A stretch of 64,000 nt of DNA from Candidatus Limnocylindrales bacterium (lineage in GTDB: Bacteria; Chloroflexota; Limnocylindria; Limnocylindrales; CSP1-4). The notes below the pieces were generated by a model. The model saw nothing but the letters and a program-made list of their open reading frames with translations. It was not told the origin of the DNA and searched no databases. Position numbers and translations under genes: made by a program. Within the stretch, counting starts at the first letter, position 1; the number at the start of each line of letters is the position of its first letter. The stretch lies in contig JBKKDM010000126.1 in the NCBI GenBank assembly GCA_046707905.1, forward strand, positions 2,405 to 66,404. The letters run 5' to 3'. Of this stretch, positions 1 to 9,296 are shown one piece after another.

Positions 1-372
1 GTCCTGCCCCACCAGTGCGAGCGGATCGCGCGGCGCGCCCACCTCGGGCTGGCGCGCGCCGGTGGGATCGGCTCGCCAACCTCCGGCGACCTGTTCATCG
101 CCTTCGCGACGGGCAACCGCGGCATGCCGCCGACGGAGGCGGAGCCGACCGGCGACGGAACGGTCCCGGTCCGGACCTTCATGGACCGGGCGCTCGGCTA
201 CCTCTTCGAGGCCGCCGTGGAGGCAACCGAGGAGGCCATCGTCAACGCCCTCGTCGCGGCGGAGACGATGACCGGCCGCGACGGCAACACCGCGCATCGC
301 CTGCCCCACGATCGGCTGGTCGAGGTCATGCGGGGCCACGGGCGGCTGCGCGGGCTGCAACAGGGCCGATAG
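1..372 (+). CDS. P1/S58-family peptidase (DmpA-like aminopeptidase), C-terminal part; 5' end lies left of the window
   Basis: Frame 1 is open from nt 1 to TAG 370-372. The translation ...ARAGGIGSPTSGDLFIAFATGN...EEAIVNALVAAETMTGRDGNTAHRLPHDRLVEVM resembles the conserved C-terminal core of DmpA/S58 peptidases (recognised from memory). Confidence 0.7.
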   Translation, partial: VLPHQCERIARRAHLGLARAGGIGSPTSGDLFIAFATGNRGMPPTEAEPTGDGTVPVRTFMDRALGYLFEAAVEATEEAIVNALVAAETMTGRDGNTAHRLPHDRLVEVMRGHGRLRGLQQGR

Positions 373-427
373 CCGCGGCTTCCGGCGCGTAGTGCGGGCT
401 GGCGGGCCGATCGCGGACCGTCTGGGC

Positions 428-733
428 ATGGACAACCAGCGACGCGATCGGAACCGCTACGGCGGTGGCAACCGCTACGAAGACGACAACACTCCTCGCA
501 AGCCCGAGCCGCGGCGGGATCCGGGCGCCTACATCGGCCGGATGCCGGAGCGCGCGACCGAGACTATTCTGGGTGGCGTGGGTCGGAAGGACGTCCGCGT
601 CGCCGCGGTCGCCTCGCAGCCGGCGCCGGTCAGCGGCGACACGAACGCCGACGCCGGCACCCCGCCCGAGAGCCACCGCGAAGGCCCACCCGCCACGGAC
701 GACGCCGTCAAGGAAGCCGGCCAGAACCGCTAG
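428..733 (+). CDS. Hypothetical small hydrophilic protein (101 aa)
   Basis: ATG 428 to TAG 731-733. Third-position GC bias looks coding. Arg/Asp/Gly/Pro-rich with no recognisable domain. Lies just upstream of the kinase gene. Confidence 0.35.
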   Translation: MDNQRRDRNRYGGGNRYEDDNTPRKPEPRRDPGAYIGRMPERATETILGGVGRKDVRVAAVASQPAPVSGDTNADAGTPPESHREGPPATDDAVKEAGQNR

Positions 734-797
734 CCGCGCCAGCGGCCGATCGTTCGCCACGGCGGGCCGTCGGCCCCGGGAGGACTACGATCGGCGC

Positions 798-2399
798 GTG
801 AACAGCGCGTCGGGGTGGGGTGATCGGGCGCGGGCCCTCGCCGGGGGCGGCAGCTACCTGCGCCTCCTCGCGGTCGCCCTGCCCGCGCTCGCTGCGGCGA
901 CGGCGCTGGTCTGGTTGCTCGAGGAACGCCTCGGCGTCCTGAACGCCTCGCCGGTCTTCCTGCTCGCGGTGGTGGTGACCGCGCTGCTCGCCGGCACCGC
1001 CGGCGCGCTGGCCGCCGCCGTGGCCAGCATCCTCATCTACGACTTCCTGTTCGTCCACCCGATCCACACCCTCGCGATCAGCGACCCCGGCGAGTGGCTG
1101 AACCTCATGCTGCTCCTGTTCGTGGGCCTGGTCGTGGGCCAGTTGACCGCAATGGAGCGGTCTCGGACGCTGCAGGCCGAGGCTCGCGAGCGCGAGGCGC
1201 GTGAGCTCTTCCTCATCAGTCGCTCGCTCGCAACGCGCGCCTCAACGAACGTGGTGCTGCCCGAGGTCGCCGGCCAGCTTCGGCGCGCCGGCCAGCTGGC
1301 GTCGCTCTGGATCGCGCTCGGTCCGGATGACGCCGGCGAGCGGGTTGTCGCAATGTCGGGTGACGCGCCTCCCCCCGGCCGCCCGCTGCACTGGGTCCTC
1401 CGCCGGATGCCCGGCGACGAGCCCGCGCGCTGGATCAGGATCCACACCGGCGGACGGGGCGGCGGGCAGGAGCGCGAGCGACACGCTGCCTACCGGATCC
1501 GGATCGAGGCGGGGTCCCAAACCCTCGGTTCGATCTGGGCGACTCGGCAGTCCGGCTTGGGTCATCCCGGCCGGTCCGAGACGCGCCTCCTGTCTGCGGC
1601 GGCCGATCAGATCGGGCAGGCGCTTGCTCAGGACCGGCTCGCCGCGGCGGCAGGCGCGGCCGATGTCGCCCGCCAGAGCGATGCCCTCAAGTCCGCGCTG
1701 TTGCAGGCCGTCTCGCATGATCTCCGGACGCCGCTCGCGACCATCCGTACCGCGGCGGGGACGCTCAGGCCGGACAGCGGCCTCGACGATCCAGGGCGCG
1801 CCTTGAGCGCCGCGGCGATCGAGCGGGAGGTCGCGAGGCTCGATCGGATCGTCGCGAACCTGCTGGACCTGGGACGCATCGAGGCGGGCGCCCTCCGCGC
1901 CGAGACGGACGTGTTCGAGCTCGACGACCTCGTCGGTCGCACGATCGACCGGATGGCCGCCAACCTCGGCGGCAACGAGCTGCAGCTCGACCTCGAGGCG
2001 ACGCCGATCCTCGTCGATCCGGTCTTCCTCGACGAGGCGCTGACGAATCTCCTCGAGAATGCCGTGAAATTCGCCGGCCCGAGCGCACCGATCCGGGTTA
2101 CGTCGACCGCGGCGGCGGACCGGGTCCGGCTCGTGGTCGAGGACGGCGGACCGGGCGTGCCGGAGGACGCCTTTGAGCGTGTCTTCGAGGCGTTCTACCG
2201 CGCCGTGCCGCCGCAGATCGGCGAGCGTGCCGGCACGGGCATCGGGCTCGCGGTCGTACGGGGGCTCGTGGCCGCGATGGATGGCAGGACGCGGGCCTAC
2301 CGTTCCCAGCTCGGTGGGCTTGCGGTGGAGATGGATCTGCCCTTGGCGAGGCTCCCGGCCGACCTGGACCCTCAGCGACCCGTCGTGGTCCCGGCGTGA
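798..2399 (+). CDS. Sensor histidine kinase, KdpD C-terminal type (DUF4118 membrane module, GAF-like region, HisKA, HATPase_c) lacking the N-terminal KdpD/Usp sensor
   Basis: The ORF is open from 465, but residues before GTG 798 are Arg/Pro/Ser-rich junk. From 798 it has DUF4118-like TM helices (VFLLAVVVTALLAGTAGAL...LLLFVGLVVGQL), the H-box SHDLRTPLATI, N-box LLENAVKF and G-box GTGIGLAVV. The exact start is uncertain. Confidence 0.85.
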   Translation: MNSASGWGDRARALAGGGSYLRLLAVALPALAAATALVWLLEERLGVLNASPVFLLAVVVTALLAGTAGALAAAVASILIYDFLFVHPIHTLAISDPGEWLNLMLLLFVGLVVGQLTAMERSRTLQAEAREREARELFLISRSLATRASTNVVLPEVAGQLRRAGQLASLWIALGPDDAGERVVAMSGDAPPPGRPLHWVLRRMPGDEPARWIRIHTGGRGGGQERERHAAYRIRIEAGSQTLGSIWATRQSGLGHPGRSETRLLSAAADQIGQALAQDRLAAAAGAADVARQSDALKSALLQAVSHDLRTPLATIRTAAGTLRPDSGLDDPGRALSAAAIEREVARLDRIVANLLDLGRIEAGALRAETDVFELDDLVGRTIDRMAANLGGNELQLDLEATPILVDPVFLDEALTNLLENAVKFAGPSAPIRVTSTAAADRVRLVVEDGGPGVPEDAFERVFEAFYRAVPPQIGERAGTGIGLAVVRGLVAAMDGRTRAYRSQLGGLAVEMDLPLARLPADLDPQRPVVVPA

Positions 2400-3100
2400 C
2401 GACCGGCGCGATCGTCCTGGTGGTCGAGGACGACGCGGAGCAACGCGCGGTGCTCGTCCGGGAGCTGGGATCACGGGGCTACCGAATGCAGGAGGCCGCG
2501 GACGGGCGTGCGGCGCTGGAACGCTGGGAGTCAGCCAGGCCGGATGTGGTGCTCCTCGACCTCGGGCTGCCCGACATGGACGGGCTCGACGTGATCCGCC
2601 GGATTCGCCGTGACGCGATGACCCCGATCGTGATCCTGTCCGGGCGGTACGCGGAACGGGAGAAGGTCGAGGCATTGGACCGTGGCGCCGACGACTACGT
2701 CACGAAGCCGTTCGGAGTCGACGAGCTGCACGCCCGGTTGCGCGTGGCCCTGCGGCGGGCAGCGGGTCCTGCGGCGGACGCCGGCGGGCGGGTCGTGGTG
2801 GGACCGCTGATGTTCGACGCCGCCCGCCATCACGTCGCCGTCGGCGGGCGGCCAGTCGCGCTCACGCCGCGGGAGTTCGAGCTGCTTCGCGTGCTCCTCG
2901 GCGAGCAGGGTCGCGTCGTGACCAAGGGCAAGCTGCTCCGGGCGGTCTGGGGGCAGGCCTACCAGGGAGAGGACAGCTACGTGTACGTGCACGTCAGCCA
3001 ACTCCGCCACAAGCTCGCCGCAGCGGATCCGGCGGGTGAGCTGCGCGACCTGATCGTCACCGAGCCGGGCGTGGGCTACCGAGTCCGAGCGGCGACCTGA
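2396..3100 (+). CDS. OmpR/KdpE-family response regulator
   Basis: The GTG start overlaps the kinase stop (GTGA). It has a receiver domain (VLVVEDD...VVLLDLGLPDMDG...KPF) and a winged-helix output domain (LTPREFELLRVL...VYVHVSQLRHKL). Confidence 0.9.
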   Translation: MTTGAIVLVVEDDAEQRAVLVRELGSRGYRMQEAADGRAALERWESARPDVVLLDLGLPDMDGLDVIRRIRRDAMTPIVILSGRYAEREKVEALDRGADDYVTKPFGVDELHARLRVALRRAAGPAADAGGRVVVGPLMFDAARHHVAVGGRPVALTPREFELLRVLLGEQGRVVTKGKLLRAVWGQAYQGEDSYVYVHVSQLRHKLAAADPAGELRDLIVTEPGVGYRVRAAT

Positions 3101-3261
3101 GAAGAACTTAAGGCTCCCCCGGTCGTACGTCGCCGTTGCCTCTTGGGCACCGGGCGCACGCTCGAACGGTGAATCTCAAGCAGCGCCGCGCGCCCGCCCC
3201 TACCCCTGCCCCGGACCCGAGCTCGACGCAACGACCGCGGGCCGTCCAGCTGCCGGGTCGG

Positions 3262-5256
3262 ATGCTCGGCGACCGGCGTGTCCGAGTCGAGCGACCGTAC
3301 GCCCCCTACTTTCGGTACGCCGAGGAGGGCCAGCTCGTCGCGCGGGAGGCCGCTTCGGTGCCGCGAACTGCGGCCGGCCGCGCGCTGGCGAAGGTTCGCA
3401 GCGTGCTGTTCGGCCGGCCGCTGTCGATCTACGAGGAGATCGGGGAGCGCCTCTCGAAGGTCAAGGCCTTGGCGATCTTCAGCTCCGATGCGATCTCGTC
3501 CTCGGCCTACGCCACGGAGGAGATCCTCCGCGTCCTCGTGCTCGCCGGCGCCGCCGCGCTGTTCCTCTCGGTGGAGGTGTCGATCGCGATCGCACTGCTC
3601 CTGGCCATCGTCGCGCTCAGCTACCGCCAGCTGTGCAGGGCGTTCCCCAACGGTGGCGGCGCGTATGCCGTCGCTCGCGCCGAGCTCAGTCCCCTCCTCG
3701 GCCTGGTCGCCGCCGCAGCGCTGCTCATCGACTACGTGATGACGGTCGCGGTTTCCACGTCAGCCGCGCTGGACCAGCTCGCGTCGCTGGCCCCGGCCGC
3801 TGGCGACTACAAGGTGCTCATCGCGGCAGTTGTGATCAGCCTGATGACCGTCGCGAACCTTCGTGGGTTGCGCGAGTCCGGGAACATCTTCGCGATCCCG
3901 ACGTACGTCTTCGTCGCGATGGCGCTCGGGATCGTCGCCATCGGCGCCTTCAACATGCTCAGCGGCAACGTCCAGCCGTTGCCGCCCCAGCCCAACGCGG
4001 AGCACTTCGGTTTCGAGGCGGTCGGGCTGCTCCTGCTGCTGAAGGCGTTCGCCAGCGGCTCCGTCGCGCTCACGGGGGTCGAGGCGATCGCCAACGGCGT
4101 CCCGGCCTTCAAGAAGCCCGAACCCAGGAACGCTGCGACGACGATGACGGCCATGGCGATCCTGCTCGGGGTGATCTTCGTCGGCGTGTCGGTGGTCGGC
4201 CTCGCCTACGGCGTCGTTCCATCGAACGGCGGCTATCCGTCGGTGATCTCACTGGTCGCCGGCGCGGTCTACGGCGACGGCACGATCGTCCACGTGGTGT
4301 TCCTGCTGGCCACGATGTTGATCCTGTTCTTGGCGGCCAACACCTCCTACAACGCGTTTCCGCGACTGGCAGCGCTGCTCGCCGAGGACGGCTACATGCC
4401 CCGCCAGTTCGCCTTCCGTGGCGACAGGCTCGCCTACTCATGGGGGATCGTCCTGCTTTCCGCCGTCGCGGTCGGGCTCGTTGCCCTCTTTGGCGGAACG
4501 ACGACCCTCCTCATCCCGCTCTATGCGGTCGGCGTCTTCGTCTGCTTCTCACTGTCGCAGACGGGAATGGTTCGACACTGGCTTCGCAACCGGGGATCCG
4601 GGTGGGGTCGGCGCCTAGCGATCAACGGCCTCGGCGCCCTGGTGACGATCGTCGTCCTCGCCATCGTGGTGTACGAGAAGTTCTTCGCGGGTGCGTACCT
4701 CGTCGTCATCCTCATCCCACTGCTCGTTGGGATGATGCTGTTCATCAATCGCCAGTACCGGGCCTCGGCTGCCCACCTGGCGATCGACCCGAACGTCGTG
4801 ATCCCGCCGCCGCAGCGCGACGATCGCGTGGTCGTCCCGGTCACGGGGATCAACCGAGCCGTCGTTCAGGCAGTCAACATCGCCCTGTCGATCGGCCCGG
4901 ATGTCCGCGCGGTGCTGATCACGACGGATGAGGAGCACGCGGTGGATGTGCGCGCCGACTGGGAGCAGCGGATCGAGGACGTCCCCCTCGACATCGTCGA
5001 GACCGAAGCGCCGATCCTCATTCCGCCGATGCTCGAGTACCTCGACTACCTCGATGCGACGTGGCCTCCGGGCAAGGCGGCCCCGGTGACCTTCGTGATC
5101 GTCCCCGAGTTCGTGGCCCGCCACTGGTGGGAGCGCGGCCTGTTCAACCAGTCGGCGAAGCGGCTCCGGTCGGCGCTTCTGGGCCGCCCGCACACCGTGG
5201 TGGTCGACATGCCGTACCGGCGGTCTAACGCCCCCGTGCCCGGGCACGCGCGCTGA
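3262..5256 (+). CDS. kimA: KimA (YdaO)-type K+/H+ symporter of the APC superfamily, paralogue 1
   Basis: About 12 TM segments plus a C-terminal cytoplasmic domain. Blocks GRPLS..E...RLSKVKALAIFSSDAISSSAYATEEIL, LSYRQ...FPNGGGAYAV, LLLKAFASGSVALTGVEAIANGVPAFKKP and ANTSYNAFPRL match B. subtilis KimA as I remember it. The ORF is open from TTG 3136; ATG 3262 is chosen because conservation with paralogue 2 begins there (LGDRRVRVERP). Confidence 0.8.
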   Translation: MLGDRRVRVERPYAPYFRYAEEGQLVAREAASVPRTAAGRALAKVRSVLFGRPLSIYEEIGERLSKVKALAIFSSDAISSSAYATEEILRVLVLAGAAALFLSVEVSIAIALLLAIVALSYRQLCRAFPNGGGAYAVARAELSPLLGLVAAAALLIDYVMTVAVSTSAALDQLASLAPAAGDYKVLIAAVVISLMTVANLRGLRESGNIFAIPTYVFVAMALGIVAIGAFNMLSGNVQPLPPQPNAEHFGFEAVGLLLLLKAFASGSVALTGVEAIANGVPAFKKPEPRNAATTMTAMAILLGVIFVGVSVVGLAYGVVPSNGGYPSVISLVAGAVYGDGTIVHVVFLLATMLILFLAANTSYNAFPRLAALLAEDGYMPRQFAFRGDRLAYSWGIVLLSAVAVGLVALFGGTTTLLIPLYAVGVFVCFSLSQTGMVRHWLRNRGSGWGRRLAINGLGALVTIVVLAIVVYEKFFAGAYLVVILIPLLVGMMLFINRQYRASAAHLAIDPNVVIPPPQRDDRVVVPVTGINRAVVQAVNIALSIGPDVRAVLITTDEEHAVDVRADWEQRIEDVPLDIVETEAPILIPPMLEYLDYLDATWPPGKAAPVTFVIVPEFVARHWWERGLFNQSAKRLRSALLGRPHTVVVDMPYRRSNAPVPGHAR

Positions 5257-5293
5257 CGTACTGCCCGGCGCCCACGACGACGTCCACCCGCGC

Positions 5294-7420
5294 ATGCGAT
5301 CCTCTGCGGATGCACGACCGCCCGTTCCGCGCCAACTCGTGAACGAGGGCCCGAAGCAGCTCAAGGGTCGCAAGCTCGGCGACCGACGCGTCCGCATCGA
5401 GCGGCCCCATTCGGAGTACTTCCGATACACGGGCGAGGGCACCCTCGTCGCCAAGGAAGCCGCGTCGGCGCCGCGCACGTCGGCCGGCCGGCTGCTGGCC
5501 CGGATCCGGGGCGTCCTGATCGGGCGGCCGCTGTCGATCCACGAGGAGATGAGCCAGCGCCTCTCGAAGGTCAAGGCGCTCGCGATCTTCTCCTCCGACC
5601 CGATCTCATCGTCGGCCTATGCGACCGAGGAGGTCCTCCGCGCCCTGGTGCTCGCGGGAACCGGCGCGCTCTTCCTGAGCCTGCCGATCGCAGCGGCCGT
5701 CGCGATCCTGCTCGCCGTCGTCGCGATCAGCTACCGCCAGATCGTCCACGCGTATCCCTCGGGCGGAGGCGACTACGCGGTTGCCCGGAAGAATCTCCCG
5801 AGACTTGGCGCGCTCGTCGTTGCAGGCGCGCTCCTCGTCGACTACGTGATGACCGTCGCGGTCTCCACCGCCTCCGCCGCCGAGCAGGTGATCTCGGCCG
5901 TGCCCGAGGTCCATGACTGGAAGCTGGTGATCGGCGTCGTGGCGATCGCGCTGATCACGGTCGGGAACCTTCGCGGCCTGCGCGAGTCCGGGAACATCTT
6001 CGCGATCCCCACGTACCTGTTCGTCGTCTCCGCGATCGTGATGATCGGGATCGGGGTCTTCCGCGTCTTGGTCAACGGCGAAGGCGCACCCCACGTCATC
6101 GAGAATGGATCGACCGATGCGACGCAGGCCGTCGGGCTGCTGTTGATGATCAGGGCCTTTGCGTCGGGTTCCGTGGCCCTGACGGGAACCGAGGCGATCG
6201 CGAACGGCGTGCCCGCGTTCAAGCCGCCGGAGTCCAAGAACGCGGCCACGACGCTCGGCGCCGTCGCGATCCTGCTCGCGATCCTGTTCCTCGGGATCAC
6301 GTTCGTCGCCGACTCGTTCGGGGTCCTGCCGACGCCCGAGGGCGAGGCCCCGAAGACGGTGATCAGCCAGGTCGCCGCGGTGATCTACGGCGAGGGCACG
6401 ATCTTCTTCTACCTCTTCCAGACGTTCACGGCCCTGATCCTCTTCCTGGCCGCCAACACGTCCTACAACGCCTTCCCGCGCCTCGGGGCGATCCTCGCCC
6501 AGGACGGCTTCATGCCCCGGCAGTTCGCCTTCCGTGGCGACCGCCTGGCGTTCACCTCGGGCGTGCTGATCCTCAGCGTGGTCGCGGTGGCCCTGCTCCT
6601 CGGATTCGGGGGCGAGACGCATGCCCTCATCCCGCTCTACTCCGTCGGCGTGTTCATCGCCTTCACGGTCGGCCAGTCGGGGATGATCGTCCACTGGATC
6701 CGCGAGAAGCCGCCGGGCTGGCGATGGCGCCTCGCGATCAACACCTTCGGCTGCGCGCTGACCGGCCTCGTCGCGGTGGTCGTGATGATCGCCAAGGCCC
6801 CAACCTCGCTGCTGGTCGTCGTCGTCATCCCGATCCTCGTCGCGATGATGCTGTTCATCCATCGCCAGTACAGCGCGTCGTCGAAAGAGCTCGAGATCCC
6901 GCTCGACAAGACCATTCGCGGCCCCCATCGCGAGGAGCGGGTGCTCGTGCCGGTGCCCGGCATCAATCGAGCCGTGGTCCAGGCGATCAACGTCGGGCGT
7001 TCGATCGATTCCAACGTCCACGCCGTCCTCATCTCCGACGAGCCAGAGGAGGCGGCCCAGGTGAAGGCTCGCTGGGAGCGCCAGCTCCCCGACGTGCCCC
7101 TGGTGATCGTCGAGTCACCGTACCGCGCCCTGGTCGCGCCGCTCCTGTCCTACCTCGACGTCCTCGATCGGGCCTGGCCGGCCGAGAAGGAAGCGCCGAT
7201 CACGTTCGTCGTCATCCCCGAATACGTGGCCCGCAGCTGGTGGGAGCGAATCCTCTACAACCAATCGGCCAAGCGGCTCCGAACGGCATTGCTCGGGCGC
7301 TCGCATACGGTCGTCGTCAACGTTCCGTACCGGCGCGAGTCCGGCGACGGATCCGAGAAGCCGGAAAAGGCCGCGTCGCCGGATCGCGGCGACCACCCGG
7401 GGGCCGCGCCCCCGGCATGA
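5294..7420 (+). CDS. kimA: KimA (YdaO)-type K+/H+ symporter, paralogue 2
   Basis: Collinear with paralogue 1 along the whole length, with the same motifs (RLSKVKALAIFSSDPISSSAYATEEVL, ISYRQIVHAYPSGGGDYAV, AFASGSVALTGTEAIANGVPAFKPP). An alternative GTG start lies at 5339. Confidence 0.8.
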   Translation: MRSSADARPPVPRQLVNEGPKQLKGRKLGDRRVRIERPHSEYFRYTGEGTLVAKEAASAPRTSAGRLLARIRGVLIGRPLSIHEEMSQRLSKVKALAIFSSDPISSSAYATEEVLRALVLAGTGALFLSLPIAAAVAILLAVVAISYRQIVHAYPSGGGDYAVARKNLPRLGALVVAGALLVDYVMTVAVSTASAAEQVISAVPEVHDWKLVIGVVAIALITVGNLRGLRESGNIFAIPTYLFVVSAIVMIGIGVFRVLVNGEGAPHVIENGSTDATQAVGLLLMIRAFASGSVALTGTEAIANGVPAFKPPESKNAATTLGAVAILLAILFLGITFVADSFGVLPTPEGEAPKTVISQVAAVIYGEGTIFFYLFQTFTALILFLAANTSYNAFPRLGAILAQDGFMPRQFAFRGDRLAFTSGVLILSVVAVALLLGFGGETHALIPLYSVGVFIAFTVGQSGMIVHWIREKPPGWRWRLAINTFGCALTGLVAVVVMIAKAPTSLLVVVVIPILVAMMLFIHRQYSASSKELEIPLDKTIRGPHREERVLVPVPGINRAVVQAINVGRSIDSNVHAVLISDEPEEAAQVKARWERQLPDVPLVIVESPYRALVAPLLSYLDVLDRAWPAEKEAPITFVVIPEYVARSWWERILYNQSAKRLRTALLGRSHTVVVNVPYRRESGDGSEKPEKAASPDRGDHPGAAPPA

Positions 7421-7442
7421 CGCCGGCATGACGCCGGCATGA
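7412..7442. repeat. 11-bp tandem repeat CCGGCATGACG, about 2.8 copies, spanning a stop/start junction
   Basis: Read directly: ccggcatgacg ccggcatgacg ccggcatga. The first unit carries the kimA-2 stop (TGA 7418-7420) and the third carries the ATG (7439) of the next gene. Confidence 0.9.
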
Positions 7443-8680
7443 TCCGGACGCGCCCAGCGAGATCAGGACTCGGGGCGCGGGCAGCCGCCGTCGTCCCACG
7501 CGACCTGCTGCTCCTGCTGGTCGCGGCGGCCCTGGTTCGCCTGGCCGGCCTCATCGGACCGGGTCATGGCGGGGACCTCCAGGCGTTCCTCGACTGGGCG
7601 GAGGGGACCGCCGAGCACGGCCTGACCGGCTACTACGCGAGCGGCGGAACCTCCAACTACCCGCCGATGCTGTACCTGCTGTGGCCGCTTGGCGTGGCCC
7701 TCGACGGCGCCGAGCTTGTCTTCGCGATCCGGTCGCTCTCGATCCCGTTCGACCTCGGGCTCGGGGCCCTGCTCTTCCATGTCGCCCGGTCGATCGGCGG
7801 CGGGGGTCGCGACGGGCTGCTCGCGGCCGGGTTCTACCTCCTGAACCCCGCGGTCGTCCTCGTCGGCCCGATGTGGGGCCAGGTCGACGGCATGGGAGCG
7901 CTGCCGATGGTCGGCTCCATCGTCGCCCTGGCCCGCGGCCGCGTCGCCCTGGGGGGCGTGCTGGCGGGCCTGGCCCGGCTCGTGAAGCCCCAGTTCGGGA
8001 TCGCCGCGTTCGTGCTGCTGGCCGTCGGCCTGGCCTGGCTGCCGTCGCGGGACGGGATCCGCCGGGTGGCGATCCTGGGGCTGGCCTCAGCCGCGACCTT
8101 CCTGGCCGTCCTCCTCCCACTGAGCCTTACTCCGTCGGCGTACCTGGACCTGATGGGCGACACGTTCAGCCAGTACCCGTACATCTCGCAGTTCGGGTTC
8201 AACCCGTGGGGCATGCTCTTCGGGTTCACCGACGACGATGCGGCGTGGTTCCGGATCGGGACCGCGCTCGCCGTCGCGGGCATCGCCGGAAGCCTGTGGC
8301 TGCTGCGATACCGGCGGGACCTCCTCGGGCTGCTCGCGGTCAGCGCGCTGCTCGGCCTCGTCATTTACTACCTGCCAACACGTGTCCACGAGCGCTACCT
8401 CTACGGCGCGGTCGCGTTCCTCGCGCCGCTGGCGGCAGTCGACCGCCGGCTGCGCTGGCCCTTCTACCAGCTCAGCGCCGTGTTCTTCGTGACCCTCGCC
8501 TACGTGCTGGCGAACTCGCCGTACCGGATCCTGCCCGGCGACAGAATCGAAGCGTTCCCCGATTGGGCGATCAGCCTCCTCTCGCTCGCGATGACCCTCG
8601 CCGGGGCGTGGGTCGCCTGGCGCGTGATCGGGCTGTTCCGGGCGCCGCCGCTTGATCGCGCGCACCCACCCGCCACCTGA
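7439..8680 (+). CDS. Polytopic membrane protein, GT-C-fold glycosyl/mannosyltransferase-like (DUF2029/PMT-like)
   Basis: 413 aa with about 10 or more hydrophobic helices. The N-terminal loop motif GYYASGGTSNYPPMLYLLWPLG resembles GT-C/DUF2029 transferases. The function call is tentative. Confidence 0.55.
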   Translation: MIRTRPARSGLGARAAAVVPRDLLLLLVAAALVRLAGLIGPGHGGDLQAFLDWAEGTAEHGLTGYYASGGTSNYPPMLYLLWPLGVALDGAELVFAIRSLSIPFDLGLGALLFHVARSIGGGGRDGLLAAGFYLLNPAVVLVGPMWGQVDGMGALPMVGSIVALARGRVALGGVLAGLARLVKPQFGIAAFVLLAVGLAWLPSRDGIRRVAILGLASAATFLAVLLPLSLTPSAYLDLMGDTFSQYPYISQFGFNPWGMLFGFTDDDAAWFRIGTALAVAGIAGSLWLLRYRRDLLGLLAVSALLGLVIYYLPTRVHERYLYGAVAFLAPLAAVDRRLRWPFYQLSAVFFVTLAYVLANSPYRILPGDRIEAFPDWAISLLSLAMTLAGAWVAWRVIGLFRAPPLDRAHPPAT

Positions 8681-8746
8681 CGCTCGGCGCGGTAACCGCC
8701 GGATCGGGGTAGGGTTGACCCTCGACAACGACTGGAGGCTCTTCCT

Positions 8747-9256
8747 ATGACGACCGACGAGCGGACGGCTTCGGCCTACGACTCCATCCCCGGGTACAGC
8801 GATGCCATCGCCGAGGCCACCAAGGCCGGCGCCGCCGGTCCCATCGACGGCTTCGTCGAGCGGATGGCCGAGCGCGTCGGGGGCAAGGCCAGCGTCCGCT
8901 CGGTCTTCGGCGACCCGATCGAGCGGGACGGCTTCACGATCATCCCCGTCGCCAAGGTCCGCTGGGGCTTCGGCGGCGGCGCCGGCGGGCCGATCGCCGT
9001 GGGGCCCGGCCGTACCTCCGGCTCGCCCTTCTCGGATGCCACGACGGCCGACACGAGTGGCGGCGCGGAAGCCTCGGCCGGGAGCGGTGGCGGCGGCGGT
9101 GTGGCCGCGGATCCCGTCGGCTACCTGGAGATCGGGCCGGATGGTGCGACGTTCATCCCGATCGTCCCGCCGCGCCCGAGTGCCGGCTTCCTGCTCGCCG
9201 CCGGCGCGACCGCGGCGCTGGTCCTCCGCGCCCTCGCGAAGCTCATCCGGCGCTAG
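8747..9256 (+). CDS. GerW/YtfJ-family protein
   Basis: A GGAGG lies 9 nt upstream of the ATG. The core VFGDPIERDGFTIIPVAKVRWGFGGGAGG is followed by a Gly-rich stretch and a C-terminal hydrophobic helix, typical of the Spore_YtfJ/GerW family. Confidence 0.7.
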   Translation: MTTDERTASAYDSIPGYSDAIAEATKAGAAGPIDGFVERMAERVGGKASVRSVFGDPIERDGFTIIPVAKVRWGFGGGAGGPIAVGPGRTSGSPFSDATTADTSGGAEASAGSGGGGGVAADPVGYLEIGPDGATFIPIVPPRPSAGFLLAAGATAALVLRALAKLIRR

Positions 9257-9296
9257 GCCGAAAACTGGCGCGCAGCCAATCACCGCCCCCGCCCCC

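Noticed and set aside
465-797. An N-terminal 111-codon extension of the histidine kinase ORF (start at 465).
   Set aside because: The extension is Arg/Pro/Ser/Thr-rich. It overlaps the better-looking small ORF 428-733 in another frame. Family members begin near the DUF4118 helices.
1242-2675. Long antisense or alternate-frame ORFs throughout the window. Examples: 1242-2675(-), 5606-7021(-), 8087-9283(-), 11318-12754(-), 13171-14781(+), 24360-25727(+), 39592-40578(-), 41072-42118(-), 62565-63893(-).
   Set aside because: They overlap well-supported genes on the opposite strand or in another frame. Their translations are Arg/Pro/Gly/Asp-rich low-complexity typical of shadow ORFs in roughly 70% GC DNA, and they carry no recognisable motifs.
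3101-3261. A c-di-AMP (ydaO-type) riboswitch upstream of the kimA-like genes.
   Set aside because: I looked for the pseudo-twofold ACGGGG/CCCA-type conserved cores and a plausible long-range helix and could not recognise them. A covariance-model search is needed before any claim.
8802-9296. An N-terminal extension of the DUF427 ORF, and likewise extended starts for ORFs 22022, 41213, 42550, 11936 and 52261.
   Set aside because: The extensions overlap the preceding gene out of frame and translate to low-complexity sequence. Internal starts coincide with stop/start overlaps, an RBS or the onset of family similarity.
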